A stretch of DNA of 50,418 bases, from the NCBI GenBank assembly GCA_037200905.1, contig JBBCGN010000006.1, positions 1-50,418 of the forward strand. The letters run 5' to 3'. Positions 1-11,195 of the stretch are shown in pieces. The stretch is from a bacterium (GTDB lineage Bacteria > Patescibacteriota > Minisyncoccia > Phycocordibacterales > UBA9973). The notes under the pieces were generated by a model. It saw only the letters and a program-made list of their open reading frames with translations, searched no databases and was not told the DNA's origin. Position 1 is the first letter of the stretch. Each line of letters begins with the position of its first letter. A program made the translations under genes and the position numbers.

Positions 1-790
1 ATGCGGGGCGTGGTCACTCCGAGCACTACCTATACCGACAACGGCGAGGTGACCATCGAGAAACACCAGATCTACAACTTCGACAAGCGCGGCCGCGGCC
101 CGGGCACCACCATGCAGGACGTGCTGAACCAGTCGCTCAACACGGGCATGGTCTTCGTCGAGCAGCATCTCGGCCGGGTGCCGCTCAGGAATTACATGCT
201 GTCATACGGCATCAACCAGAAGACCGGCATCGATCTGCCGAACGAGACGAGCGGCCTCGTCTCGAACATCCTCACCAGCCCCCCGCGAGATCGAATATGC
301 CAACGCCGCTTCGGCCAGGGGCATCGCCCTCACGCCGATGGAGATGATCCGCGCCCTCGCCTCGCTTTCGAACGGCGGCAATCTCGTCGTGCCGCACTTG
401 GCGGAGAAGATCAAATACGACGACGGCACCGAGCACGTCTTCACCTATCCGACGGCGCGCGTGAGATCACGCCGGAGACGTCGGAAGAGATCACCCGCAT
501 GATGGTGACGGTCATGGACAAGGGTCTGCATGCGGGCCTGCCGAACTACAGCATCGCCGTAAAAACCGGAACGGCGCAAGTTGCGGATAACGCCACCGGA
601 GGGCTATTATAAGGACAGGCATACGCATTCGTTCATCGGATACTTCCCGGCGTATGATCCGAAATTCATCGTCTTTCTCTATGCGGTCAATCCGAAAGGC
701 GTGGCCTACGCGGCTACCACCTGGACCAATCCCTTCATGGACATCGCGAAATTCCTGCTGAACTATTACGAAGTGCCGCCCGACAGATGA
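1..790 (+). CDS. ftsI: Penicillin-binding protein (FtsI/PBP2 type), C-terminal transpeptidase part, frameshifted
   Basis: SxN motif (QSLN), TGIDLPNE, KTGTAQ and HSFIGYFPAYDPKFI across ORFs 1..612 and 581..790. Continues the N-terminal part at 49491..50418. Confidence 0.93.
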
Positions 791-802
791 TCGCCCTCGC
801 AT

Positions 803-2109
803 ATGGATACATCAACTTTTTAAAAATATCATCGCTTATATATTGAAGCTGGAGTCGCGCCTGGTCTTGTGGAAATACAAGCCGAAAGTCGTGGCCATCA
901 CCGGCTCGGTGGGCAAGACCTCCACCAAGGACGCGGTCTACGCCGTCATCTCTTCGTTCGCCTATGTCAGGAAGAGCGAGAAGAGCTATAACAGCGAGAT
1001 CGGCCTGCCGCTCACTATCCTCGGCGTGCCGAACGGATGGTCGAGCCCGTACGTCTGGCTCAAGAACATCCTCAAGGGCGCCTGGCTCTTCATCTGGCCG
1101 CACAAGTATCCGGAGTGGCTGGTGCTCGAAGTCGGCGTGGGCAAACCGGGCGACATGGACAAGACCGCTTCGTGGCTCGCGAGCGACGCCGTGATCATGA
1201 CGGCCATCGGCGACACGCCGGTGCACATAGAATTCTTCGATTCCCGCGCGCACCTGATAGAAGAAAAGAGCAGGCTCATCAAGACGCTCAAGCGCGAAGG
1301 GCTGCTGGTCCTCAACGCCGACGATCCGGCCATGCTGGCCATGAAGGCCAAGAGCAATCGCCGCAGTATTACCTACGGGTTCCAGGAAGGCGCGGACATC
1401 GTCGGCTCGGGCGAGAGCATCCTGTACAACGGCAATGTGCCTGCGGGACTGGTCTTCCGCGTGGACGACGGGGGCGCGAGCCTGCCCGTCACCATCGAAG
1501 GCGTTTTCGGCCGCAATCATGCTTATGCCACGCTCGCGGCCCTGGCCCTTTCTTCCGGGCCTCAATTTCGACATGATCCGCGCTATCGAGGCGCTGAAGA
1601 ACTACGAAGTGCCTCCGGGCAGGATGCGCCTCTTGCGCGGCATCAACGACACGCTGCTCATCGACGACACTTATAATTCTTCGCCGTTCGCGGCCTTGGC
1701 CGCGCTCGAGACCCCTCGGCGCCATCAAGTCGCTTCGGCCGGAAGATCGCCGTGCTCGGCGACATGCTCGAGCTCGGCCGCCACACCCAGGAAGCGCACG
1801 AGAACGTCGGCCGCATGGCCAAGAACAATGCGGACATATTGGTGGTAGTCGGCCCGCGGGGCCGCGGGGCATCCGGGACGGCGCCATGGAGGAAGCGCAT
1901 GAGGAAAGGAGACATCTATGAATTTCCGAACTCGCGCGAAGCCGGAGATTTCCTCCAGAGGTTTCGTCACGGAGAACGACATCGTGTTCATCAAGGGCTC
2001 GCAGAGCATGCGCATGGAGCGCGCCGTGGAGAGCCTGCTCTTCGACCAGGCGAACAAAGCCCGGCTCCTGGTGCGTCAGGAGCCGGAGTAGTGGCAGCGC
2101 AAGGCCTAG
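803..2109 (+). CDS. murF: UDP-N-acetylmuramoyl-tripeptide--D-Ala-D-Ala ligase, frameshifted
   Basis: ITGSVGKTSTK P-loop, YNSEIGLPLT, LIDDTYNSSP, LGDMLELG, FIKGSQSMRME. Follows ftsI. Confidence 0.92.
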
Positions 2110-2115
2110 GAAAAT

Positions 2116-2458
2116 CTAGGCTCGGCCGTATTTGTCTTCGATGCGCACGATGTCGCTCTCGTCGAACGTGCCGAGGGGCAATTTCCAAGAATTTCACTTC
2201 GTCTCTGGCTTCGAGGCGGTGATCGACGCCGGGCGCGATTGCAAAGCTTGAGCCGGGAGCGGCTTCTCTTTTCTCCGCGCCTACCGTGACGAGCGCCGTG
2301 CCGGAGATGATGTACCAGTATTCGCTCCTTTCCTTATGATGCTGCAAGCTGAACGCTTCACCGGCATTCACGGTGATGATCTTGACAGTGCTCTGTTCGT
2401 TCAGGGTGAACCGCTCGAACTGTCCCCACGGCCTCTTGTCGATAATCGGCTCGATCAT
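2116..2458 (-). CDS. Mannose-6-phosphate isomerase-like cupin
   Basis: RPWGQF, SLQHHKERSEYW, HRLE cupin motifs. Confidence 0.85.
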
Positions 2459-2461
2459 GGC

Positions 2462-2749
2462 TTATTGCGTATCTTCAGGGGCCCCTTCAGGTCGTTGATC
2501 TGGATCGGGCTCTGCACGGCCGACGGCGACATGTCGATGACGCCGAACTGCTTCTCGTAATTCTCGACCTGCTTGGACATCCATTCGGGCGATGCTTTTC
2601 ATGACCTGCGGGGGTCGAGGCGAAAAGAATCGATGTTGTTGCCGGAAGTCAGGGGCGTAATAAAAGGCCTCCTTGCCGTACGCGCCGACAGCGCCGTCGA
2701 TGAGCTTCTTCGGCAATTGGTTCATATTTATCTTGGTTGGGTCTACCAT
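2462..2749 (-). CDS. Small hypothetical protein (possibly DUF3467-like), frameshifted
   Basis: ORF 2462..2749 plus alternate-frame pieces (ENYEKQFGVIDMSPSAVQSPIQ). Confidence 0.55.
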   Translation of the reverse strand: MVDPTKINMNQLPKKLIDGAVGAYGKEAFYYAPDFRQQHRFFSPRPPQVMKSIARMDVQAGRELREAVRRHRHVAVGRAEPDPDQRPEGAPEDTQ

Positions 2750-2817
2750 AATGATTTTTATATTATATTACTTTTCTGCGACAGGTACAGTATAGCACGA
2801 GTCCGGCGGGCGCGGAT

Positions 2818-2875
2818 TTGACAGGGGGATAGGGGCGTTATGCTAATATTTAGGTATTCTAACTATTAGAATACC
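2818..2875 (+). promoter_or_regulatory. Sigma70 promoter with inverted-repeat operator, probably the MarR site
   Basis: TTGACA at 2818 with a -10-like TGCTAAT. Palindrome GGTATTCTA-actat-TAGAATACC at 2853-2875 directly before the MarR ATG. Confidence 0.7.
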
Positions 2876-2877
2876 AT

Positions 2878-3315
2878 ATGAAAAAAACCAATCAATAATA
2901 TCAAGGTATTGAAGCATAGATCCCTTGAGGAAGCCTTGCTCGAGTTCCGCCATGCCATGACCTCGGCCCTAGTGGAACAGGCCAAAGCCAAAGGCTGCAG
3001 CCTGGCGCATTTCGAAGTCCTGAAGTATATCGCCGAAGAAGGTAGTCCGTACATGAAGGATATCGCCAAGCGCCTCCATATCACTCCGCCGTCGGCGAGC
3101 ACTCTCATCGACGCGCTGGTCAAGCAAGGCTTGGTGCACCGGGCACAGATGCCCGAAGACCGCAGGGACGGTCCGCGTGACGCTCCTGCCGAAAGCCCAC
3201 GCTTTTCTCTTTTCCATCCACAAGCACAAGGCATCGATCTTCAACAAGATGCTTTCGAGATTGAGTGCGGAAGACAAGAGCGATCTTAGCAAGAATCCTT
3301 ATCAAGTGCACATAA
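2878..3315 (+). CDS. MarR family transcriptional regulator, frameshifted
   Basis: MKDIAKRLHITPPSASTLIDALVKQGLVHR winged HTH and EDRR motif, heading an efflux operon. Confidence 0.88.
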
Positions 3316-3327
3316 TACATAACCCGT

Positions 3328-4308
3328 ATGAATACATTCAAACAACTGTTAGCAAAACCGAAAATCGCCATTCCCGCATCTATCATCATCGTCGCCCTGT
3401 TGACGGTCTTCGCATACGGCCGCATCGGCGTGGCGCCGGCCGTGCCGTCTACGGTAGGCCTTTCTAGTTCGCAATCCGCCGTCGTATCCGGCGGCAACGT
3501 ATCGCTCTCGTTCGCCAAAAGCGGCCGCGTGGAATCCGTGCTGGTAAAAGAGGGCGACGCCGTCCGCGCGGGCCAAGTGCTCGCCAAGCTTTCCGCTCCC
3601 GATGCCGAAGGCGCAGTAGCGCAGGCCAAGGGCGCCCTCGATCTCGCCCAGGCCCCAGTACGCCTCTCTCAACTCGCAGTACAAGACGGCGAAGGAGCAG
3701 CAGGATCTCATGGTGGCCAATGCCTACAAGACCATGGTATCGGGTTCGCTCGAAGGCGTGCCGAGCCATCAGGACCAGAACACGCCGATAATTTCCGGCA
3801 CCTATGCCTGCGGCACGGAAGGCTCGTACAGATTGAAGCCGTATAGTTCCGGCGATTCGGATTCGGGCTACTCCCTGGCCGTTCTGGGGGCTCGAGAATG
3901 TTATTATTCCCGTGAAATACGACAATGCCGTGCCGCTCGGCACGTGCGGCCTCGAGATAAAGTTCAATCACGTGAACAGCTTCGACTCGAGCACGACCTG
4001 GACCATCAGCGTACCGAATACCAAGGGGCAGCGCATATCTTGCCAACAAGAATGCTTATGATCTCGCCGTCGCCAATCGCGACAAAGTCCTCGCCGATCT
4101 CGAGACGAACATCGGCACCAATACGACCAACAGCGTCGCCAAGGCCCAGATCGACGCCGCACAAGGCGCGTACCAGGCGGCTCTCGGCGCGTACCAGAAC
4201 AACGTCATCGTGGCTCCGGTTGCCGGCACCGTCACCTTCGTCGATCCGGACCTGAAAGCGGGACAATCGGCAGTCTCCGGCAAATCAGTCATTAGCATTA
4301 ATCAATAA
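3328..4308 (+). CDS. Efflux periplasmic adaptor (HlyD/MFP family) with inserted domain, frameshifted
   Basis: N-terminal TM, SLSFAKSGRVESVLVKEGDAVRAGQVLA lipoyl half-motif, NVIVAPVAGTV second half-motif. Confidence 0.8.
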
Positions 4309-4312
4309 ATAT

Positions 4313-4945
4313 ATGGATACACCAAAAGAAAGCATATTCAAAAAGCCGTGGGTGCAGAGCCTGTCGGGAATCATGATCATCGTCCTCTTGGCGGCCGGCG
4401 TACTCGTCTATAAATCCCTCTCTTCGCGCGTGCGCATCGAGAACTCGCTCATCTCCGCTCCGGTTATCGCTATCGGGCCCGAGACCGCAGGCGTGCTCGA
4501 TGAAGTGAACGTGCGGGCAGGCGACGCCGTGGCTCCCGGCCAAGTGCTCGGCCGCGTGGGCGCCGACGTGCTGACGGCGAAAGTGGCCGGCATCGTCATC
4601 TCCGTCGCCAATACTCCGGGGCAAGTCTTCCGGCCGGCCAGGCAGTGGTGGAAATGATCGACCCGAACGAGCTCCGCGTGGTGGGCACCATCAAGGAGAA
4701 TGAAGGCCTGACCGACATCCGCGTCGGCGATCCCGGTCTCGTTCACCGTCGACGCTTTCGGCGGCAAGAAATTCGCCGGCGTCATCGATGCCATCAGTCC
4801 GAACTCCAAGCAGTCTGGCGTGGCCTTCAGCATCTCCGACAAGCGCGAAGTGAAGGAATTCGAAGTCAAAGCCAAATACGATGTCGCGGCCTATCCGGAA
4901 TTCAAGAACGGCATGTCTGCCAAGATGAACGTCTATATCAAATAA
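4313..4945 (+). CDS. EmrA-like short efflux adaptor, frameshifted
   Basis: N-terminal TM, GVLDEVNVRAGDAVAPGQVL, LTAKVAGIV, FTVDAFGGKKFAG. Confidence 0.8.
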
Positions 4946-4968
4946 CCCTCGACAAGCTCGGGCAAGCT

Positions 4969-6492
4969 ATGGAAGAAAATCAAAAGACAACCGAACATCC
5001 GACTGAAAAGCCGGCGAAAAAAGAGCAATCTGCGCTGGTGGATCCTCTTTACCGTCATCATCGGCACCTTTCTCGGCCGCCTCGACCAGACCATCGTGAA
5101 CCTGGCCCTGCCGAAGATCATCGACGATTACGGCATCACTGTCACGGCGGCGGCTGGATCGCTACTGCGTATATCCTGGCGAACGCCATTTTCGTGCCCA
5201 TCTGGGGCAAGCTCGGCGACTCCATCGGCCGCAAGAAGGTCTACATGCTCGGCTTCGGCATCTTCATCGTGGGCTCGGTGCTCGCGGGCCTGGCCTGGAA
5301 CCTGCCGTCCATGATCGTCTTCCGCGTCATCCAGGCTATCGCCGGCTCGGCCGACTATCCGACAGCCATGGCCATCCTCGCCGTGACGTTCAAAGAAGGC
5401 AAGGAGCGCGCCCAGGCTCTGGGAATCTGGTCCTCGTCGTTCGCGGCCGCGAGCGTCTTCGGGCCGCTTCTCGGCGGGCCGCTCATCGACGGCTTCGGCT
5501 GGCGCTCGGTCTTCCTGATCAACCTGCCGATCGGCATCATCGGCATGCTGCATCGCCATGCGCTTCATCAACGAATCGCGCTCCGAGACCAAGATCAAAT
5601 TCTTCGACTGGTGGGGCGCCATCACTCTCGGCATCGCCCTGTCTTCGCTCGTCTTGGTGCTCGACAAGGGCCCTGATTGGGGCTGGACGTCTCTCTCGAG
5701 CGGCATCGCGTACCTCCTGACCGTCTGTTCACCTACATCTTCATCAGGATAGAGAATCATGTGCCCGAGCCGATCGTCGACCTGAAGTTCTTCAAGATCC
5801 CGGCCTTCGTGAACACGCTCATGAACAACTTCGTGGTCTTCATGGGCATGATGGGCGGCATCTTCCTCATCCCCATATTCGCCCAGACCTTCCTCGGCTA
5901 CAACGCCACGCAGGCGGGCTACTTGTTCATACCGATGGCCGCCGCGCTCATGATCGGCGCGCCGCTCGGGCGGCTCGTTCATCGGCAAGTATTCGTCGCG
6001 CATCGTGATATTCTGGAGCACCATCGTGGCGGCGCGGGCATCTTCCTGTTCTCGTTCCTCGATCCGAAGTCGGGCCCGCTCGCCATCATTCTGCCGCTCG
6101 TCGTCATGGCCTTCGGCTGGGCTTCGGCATGGCCCAGCGCACCAACGTCATCGCTTCCGTCGTCGACCAGAAGGAGATCGGCATCGCCTCGAGCGTGCTC
6201 GCCCTCGTGCGCAACCTCTCGGGCGCCTTCGGCATCGCTCTCTTTGCGACGATATTGAACCTTCGCACCGAGCGCATCATTTTCCATATCAACAGCTTGA
6301 GCACCCTCACCAGCCACTTGCCGCTCGATATGCAGAAGTACACCACGCTCGTGATATTGAAGATCGCAGATAGACGCGTATGACTTCGTGTTCATCCTGG
6401 CCAGCATCCTGGTCTTCGTCGGCGCCTTCGCCGTGCTCTTCCTCAAGGTGAAGAACGAGCGCCTCGACGTGAAAGTGCATGTCGAGGGGTGA
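4969..6492 (+). CDS. DHA2 (EmrB/QacA) MFS drug efflux transporter, frameshifted
   Basis: LDQTIVNLALPKI, WGKLGDSIGRKK, GPLLGGPLIDGFGWRSVFLINLPIG. Confidence 0.9.
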
Positions 6493-6563
6493 TTGACAAA
6501 ATTTATTTTTCGTGCTAGTATTTTCCCGTAAACGCTATTTTGAAAACATTAAAACCATTTATC

Positions 6564-7267
6564 ATGACTCACCAACCATCTTCGTCGGTGATTACTGTCA
6601 GCCTCGTGGCTATGCCTGAGTTGTTCTCGCTAGGTGCTCGTACCTCGATACATTACACGAAGCATTCCATCAAGGTTATCTCTCTCGCGAAGGATGGCGA
6701 TGAATTTATGCGGATACACCAGCAGGTACAGCCTGACATCGTATTGCTCGATGTCGGCGCCCCTCCGTTCCGAAAAGGATTGCGAATTCTTGAAGATATC
6801 AAGAAGGAATATTCCAGTATCGGAGTCATCATGATTTTTGATACGCCGGATCCTAATGATACGGCCCGCGTAGAGAACAACCGAAAACTGGTAGAAGATG
6901 CGCTCGTAAAGTTCGCGAATGCGTGCATACAGCGCAATATCCAGCAAGAGGAGCTCATCCAGGCCTTCATCACGGTGCGCTATGAAGAATATTATTTCAA
7001 CGACCTCGTGTCGCGGATATTATTCGACTCTGTGCGGCGCGAGCGGCGGATCATGGCGGAGACCGGTCCACGGCTCACCAAAAACGAGGAGAAGATCCTC
7101 GTCATGCTTTGTGAAGACAAGACGACCGAGCAGATCGCAGCAGGCCTGCATCTCAGCCCGCGCACTGTCGAGGCTAAGCGGCGCGAGATCAAGGACAAAT
7201 TCGAAGTGGCGACAATTGCCGGGACTGGTGGCAAAAGGCAGTACGACTCGGCTTTTACAAGGTGTAA
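6564..7267 (+). CDS. NarL/LuxR-type response regulator (receiver-like domain plus LuxR HTH)
   Basis: PDIVLLDVG receiver motif and LTKNEEKILVMLCEDKTTEQIAAGLHLSPRTVE LuxR HTH. Frameshift near the 3' end. Confidence 0.75.
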
Positions 7268-7387
7268 ACACTTTGTAAAAGCAATCAATCAAAGAGGGAA
7301 TTTTTTCCCTCTTTTTATTTTGACAAATAGATGCCACTGGAGTATACTCTACAGTGAATCTAGATTCTTTAAACAAAAAAATATCAC

Positions 7388-7633
7388 ATGAAAAATGTAA
7401 CTGGCGGCGAGCCTACTTTCTCTAAGAGAGAACGCAAATTTTTGGAACACCTGTCCCACGATCTTATCACCCCCGAAATCGCGAAGGAGATGAACATCAC
7501 CTTCCCCGAAGCAGAAAGCATGCATGATGCGATTCGTGCAAAAATGGGTGCCGAAGGGCCTGGAACTATGATGACCTACGCGTTCAAACACCAGCTCATA
7601 GACAAGCAGACGACTCACAGGCGTGCAGCCTGA
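7388..7633 (+). CDS. Stand-alone LuxR-type HTH protein
   Basis: FSKRERKFLEHLSHDLITPEIAKEMNIT...IRAKMG. Confidence 0.65.
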   Translation: MKNVTGGEPTFSKRERKFLEHLSHDLITPEIAKEMNITFPEAESMHDAIRAKMGAEGPGTMMTYAFKHQLIDKQTTHRRAA

Positions 7634-7844
7634 CCCGCATTTTCTCATCACATTAAAAGAAAGACTATGTCTTTCTTTTTTATTTTGAATGCGCCTTATA
7701 TACTATCGTAATACCGTTACGTTCCTAAAGAGAAATTATCATGGGGCAGATGAACATCATCGCTCCTTGTTCATTGACGGTCAGGGCGAATCGTGCTATT
7801 ACATAAGGGAAACCAGATTTTTTAACAACTTAAAATCCGATCAT

Positions 7845-8335
7845 ATGGAACACAACCGACTCATCCTCCTGCGCATGGTCCAGAAAGAAAGCCGGCCGGG
7901 GCCTCATCGAGCTCTCGTTCTCGGCCCTTGGTCATGACTCTTTGTTATTTCCTCACTGTATTCGTAGTGTCATTCTTGTCGCTGCAATTCGCAGGCTTTA
8001 CCACGGACGACCCCGTACGCTGGTTCAGCGATGCCTATGGCCGATTCATGTTCATCGCCTACGTCCCGTTTTTTGCACTGGCATTCTACCTGATATTCTT
8101 CAGCGGCCTTGCAGAGTACCGGCGCATCTTCCGCCTCGTGCGGCAGCTCATCCGCGACAGAGAAGGGCAGAGGATCGTCATAGCCGTCGCCAATCCCCGG
8201 CAGAGCGCGAGCGACCGCTTACGCCTTTCAGAAGAGATTTCATTTCTCGAGGACTGCCTCATGGAGCTTCGAGGCAGGCGTCCGCTTAGTTTCTGGAAAA
8301 ATATCTTTTCAACCTGGAAATTCCCTGCAGCATGA
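7845..8335 (+). CDS. Membrane protein, unknown function, frameshifted near the start
   Basis: Two hydrophobic segments in ORF 7928..8335. Upstream MEHNRLILL start. Confidence 0.5.
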
Positions 8336-8899
8336 AAGATGAAGATTCCGCTATCGGCAAGCCCGTCGAATACGACATGTGGAAATACTTTTTCCACGAG
8401 AGACGAGATTCATATCGACACGTATGCCTTTCTTTCGGGCCAGGTATGCGAATTGACTGCCATCGTGGAAGTACAAGTTCGAGAGCACTATCAAAGTGTT
8501 CTTCCGGGGCCGAGAGGGAAGTGCCCTATGCCCACTGGGGCATACCGTACAGCCTGCGCTTCCTATCCCGAGGAGATTACTCCGAGCAAGCTGCTCATGA
8601 TGAAGAGCATATTCGGAGTCACTCCGGACGGCTATGTGTATGTGCGGAGCGATCATCGTTTCCGGAAGGGCCACCATACCGCGCTCGAAGTCGAATATCT
8701 CGACAATGATGCCGGCACGGTAGTCTCTCTCGGGTACGTCGATCTGCGCAGCCGCCACTCTTTATTCCTGCGCAGGAAGTACTGCTATCCGAGGCGGTAC
8801 TACGTCTTTATGGCGGCACAGAAAGAACTTCTGCTCCATAGAGGAGCATGGTGTTATTCTTGTGCCTGCGACGGGCTGGATCCGAAGCCGCATCGATGA
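8332..8899 (+). CDS. Hypothetical protein, probable frameshift near 8400
   Basis: ATGA overlap with the previous stop, ORFs 8332 and 8339..8899, followed by a terminator. Confidence 0.5.
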
Positions 8900-8915
8900 T
8901 GCGGCTTTTTCTTTT
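8885..8915 (+). terminator. Intrinsic terminator
   Basis: AAGCCGCATC-gat-GATGCGGCTT followed by a T-run. Confidence 0.75.
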
Positions 8916-9038
8916 TACGAGAGCAGTACAGGCCTTCCTTTCCGGAAGGCCTTTTATCTGAAGATTGACTATAAAGGAAAATAATGTTAATATATCAGCC
9001 GGCTAGTAGTTTGCTAGTTCTTTAAATTCTGAAAAGGT

Positions 9039-9367
9039 ATGAATCAAAAAGTTTTTGTTCCGCGCATGGCCGGCCTCACCCGGGAGGAGGTCAATGAAAG
9101 ATAGCCGAGCTCCGCATCAAGTGCCCGTTCCTTTCCGACGCCAACGCCGAAGAGATCAGGTATTGGAGCGCTTCCGATTCCCATGTCGTCGGCACTGTCA
9201 TCGACCCTGTCGGGCAGTATAAGTGCATCCCCTATGCGTACACGCGGGAAGACCTGCACGACGACTATCCCGGCTGCGAGATTTTCGACGTCGGAGCGAA
9301 ACACGTTCCGCTTCCGCATGGCTCTCATGATCAGCGGCATGGCAGCCATTCGAAGGCCTATTATTGA
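9039..9367 (+). CDS. Hypothetical protein, frameshifted
   Basis: MNQKVFVPRMAGLTREEVNER continues after a 1-nt shift as ..AELRIKCPFLSDANAEEIRYW..HSKAYY*. Own TTGACT promoter. Confidence 0.45.
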
Positions 9368-9695
9368 TGCTCGGAAAGCGCGCGAAGCCATGAAACTTTT
9401 AAAGGGTGGCAGGAGAATCCTGCCGATAACGACCTGTCCATTCCTGGGCGGGTCTTTTTATTTGACTTTTTATGAAAAATAATATATAATGTGTAAAATT
9501 TGTAAAACAAGAGATTGTCCAATATCGCACTTTAGTCAAAGACAGTACTGTTAGGAGGGCTTAAAGTGAAGATACGTTCGAGAGAACGTTAAATACCTAG
9601 CAGTTATCGGCCCGCCTATTCTTAGCTGCGGGCCCTTGTTTTTTTTGACAGAATAACATAAAATGTTATTACTATATCAACTAAAACCGTGATGT

Positions 9696-10238
9696 TTGAC
9701 AACTATCATTCCGTTGATCATCTACGGAGGGGATACCCTCCAGGATGGCACTCAGTGCGGACCGGAGACCAAGCGCAGATGCAGGCACGCCATACGTTTT
9801 CTGCAGAGACACCCCGACCAGCAGTTCATCATAATCCTCGCGGCCGGCAAGCGGCCGGACAAGCCGGAGTATCCGCCTCTCAAAGAAGTCATGAAAAAAT
9901 TCCTTACCATGGAATTGCACAGAGCGCATAACTTTTTCCCGCATACGCCTCTGCCGCCGATCATTATCGCGCGGCAGGAGGGATGGGGAACTTTCCACGA
10001 GAGTCTGGCTGCGGCCAATGTCATGCAGCGCACGGTGGCCAAGCAGGCCTATGTCTGCTCTTCGTGGTATCACATACCGAGGATACTGTTCATCTGGAAT
10101 CTCATTTCCGGCTGGAAAGTATGGATTGTTCCTACTGCGGCATTGTCGCCGAGATTCGATTCTATCTTCCGCGAATGCGCCGCTTTTTTGAAGGTGATGA
10201 GAACATGGTACCTCTGGAGAAGAACACGCACTGAATGA
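9696..10238 (+). CDS. YdcF/DUF218 (ElyC/SanA-like) family protein
   Basis: ILAAGK, WGTFHES, CSSWYHIPR resembling the TSxYHxxR motif. Confidence 0.65.
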   Translation: MTTIIPLIIYGGDTLQDGTQCGPETKRRCRHAIRFLQRHPDQQFIIILAAGKRPDKPEYPPLKEVMKKFLTMELHRAHNFFPHTPLPPIIIARQEGWGTFHESLAAANVMQRTVAKQAYVCSSWYHIPRILFIWNLISGWKVWIVPTAALSPRFDSIFRECAAFLKVMRTWYLWRRTRTE

Positions 10239-10272
10239 GCATTATCAAAACCCTTTCTTATGGAAGGGTTTT

Positions 10273-11115
10273 TTATTTTGGAAATACCGTCGAGAGTTCG
10301 TCGGAATTGTAGATGAGCGTGCCGAGTTCGCCGTAGCTGTAGGTGTGCTCGGCGAGAGTGATGGCCGCGCCGGCTACTACCGGCGTCGGGTTCGGCCTGG
10401 AAGCCTGGAAGCCGATGTTGAAGAGGGTGACGACGACTTCGGGCTTTGCCGAGACGTCGTAGCCGGCCTTGGCCCACTGGCTCTCTATCTCTTTGATGTA
10501 GAGAGCGGTGTAGAGATACGAATAGTAGTGATCGTGCTCGTCGGTCAGGCGGTTGAAGAGCTCGGTATCGTGATCCGCGCCTTCGGGATAAGCGATCAGC
10601 TCGGCCATGCCGGATCCAGGATAGAACGGGCTTGTCGGATCGTTGGCATATGTTTCGATATCCTTGGCCGTGTCTTCCTTTATGCCCGAGACGCCGAGGG
10701 AGAATTTCGAGAGGGAGATCAGGATCTTCAGCGGCTCGAAGACGCGCTTGAAGCTCTCGCGGTTCGAGGTGAAGAAGCGGATCTGCTCGGGCGACACCAC
10801 GGCCACGAGCAATCGGGGAGAGACGCCGGTCTCTTCCGCTACTTTGTTTATGACGCTCGCGTCCTTGGTAAACGCCGTTTTCAAAATGTCCCATTCCACC
10901 GTCTTGTCCCAATCGCATGTGGTCTGGGCTGTGTCCGCGCAGTCCTGTATCGGCGCTGCCTCCGGGATGCCGAGGGAAGCATTGCGCACGGCGTTCGAGC
11001 CGCGGACGTTGAAGGCCCCGAACTGCATGCCGACGAATACCGCGGTAAAGACCGCGCCGACGATGGCGAAAGCGTATACCAATATCTTGAATATCCTGCC
11101 GGGAACCCCTTTCAT
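10273..11115 (-). CDS. Membrane-anchored exported protein, possibly lysozyme-like/DUF1402-like
   Basis: Intact ORF with N-terminal TM, VSPEQIR, SLGVSGIK, WAKAGYDVSAKPEVVVTLFNIG. Confidence 0.6.
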   Translation of the reverse strand: MKGVPGRIFKILVYAFAIVGAVFTAVFVGMQFGAFNVRGSNAVRNASLGIPEAAPIQDCADTAQTTCDWDKTVEWDILKTAFTKDASVINKVAEETGVSPRLLVAVVSPEQIRFFTSNRESFKRVFEPLKILISLSKFSLGVSGIKEDTAKDIETYANDPTSPFYPGSGMAELIAYPEGADHDTELFNRLTDEHDHYYSYLYTALYIKEIESQWAKAGYDVSAKPEVVVTLFNIGFQASRPNPTPVVAGAAITLAEHTYSYGELGTLIYNSDELSTVFPK

Positions 11116-11195
11116 GTCGGGGCATTGTAGCACGAATCCTTGCCGGCATGAAACCGCGCGTATGAAAATGCCCGAGCGGCTGATATAATGGGCAG

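Noticed and set aside
2086-2109. Stop-codon reassignment (in-frame TAG near the murF end; TGA=Gly code)
   Set aside because: The TAG is an isolated case in error-prone sequence, and TGA and TAG terminate many genes at expected positions.
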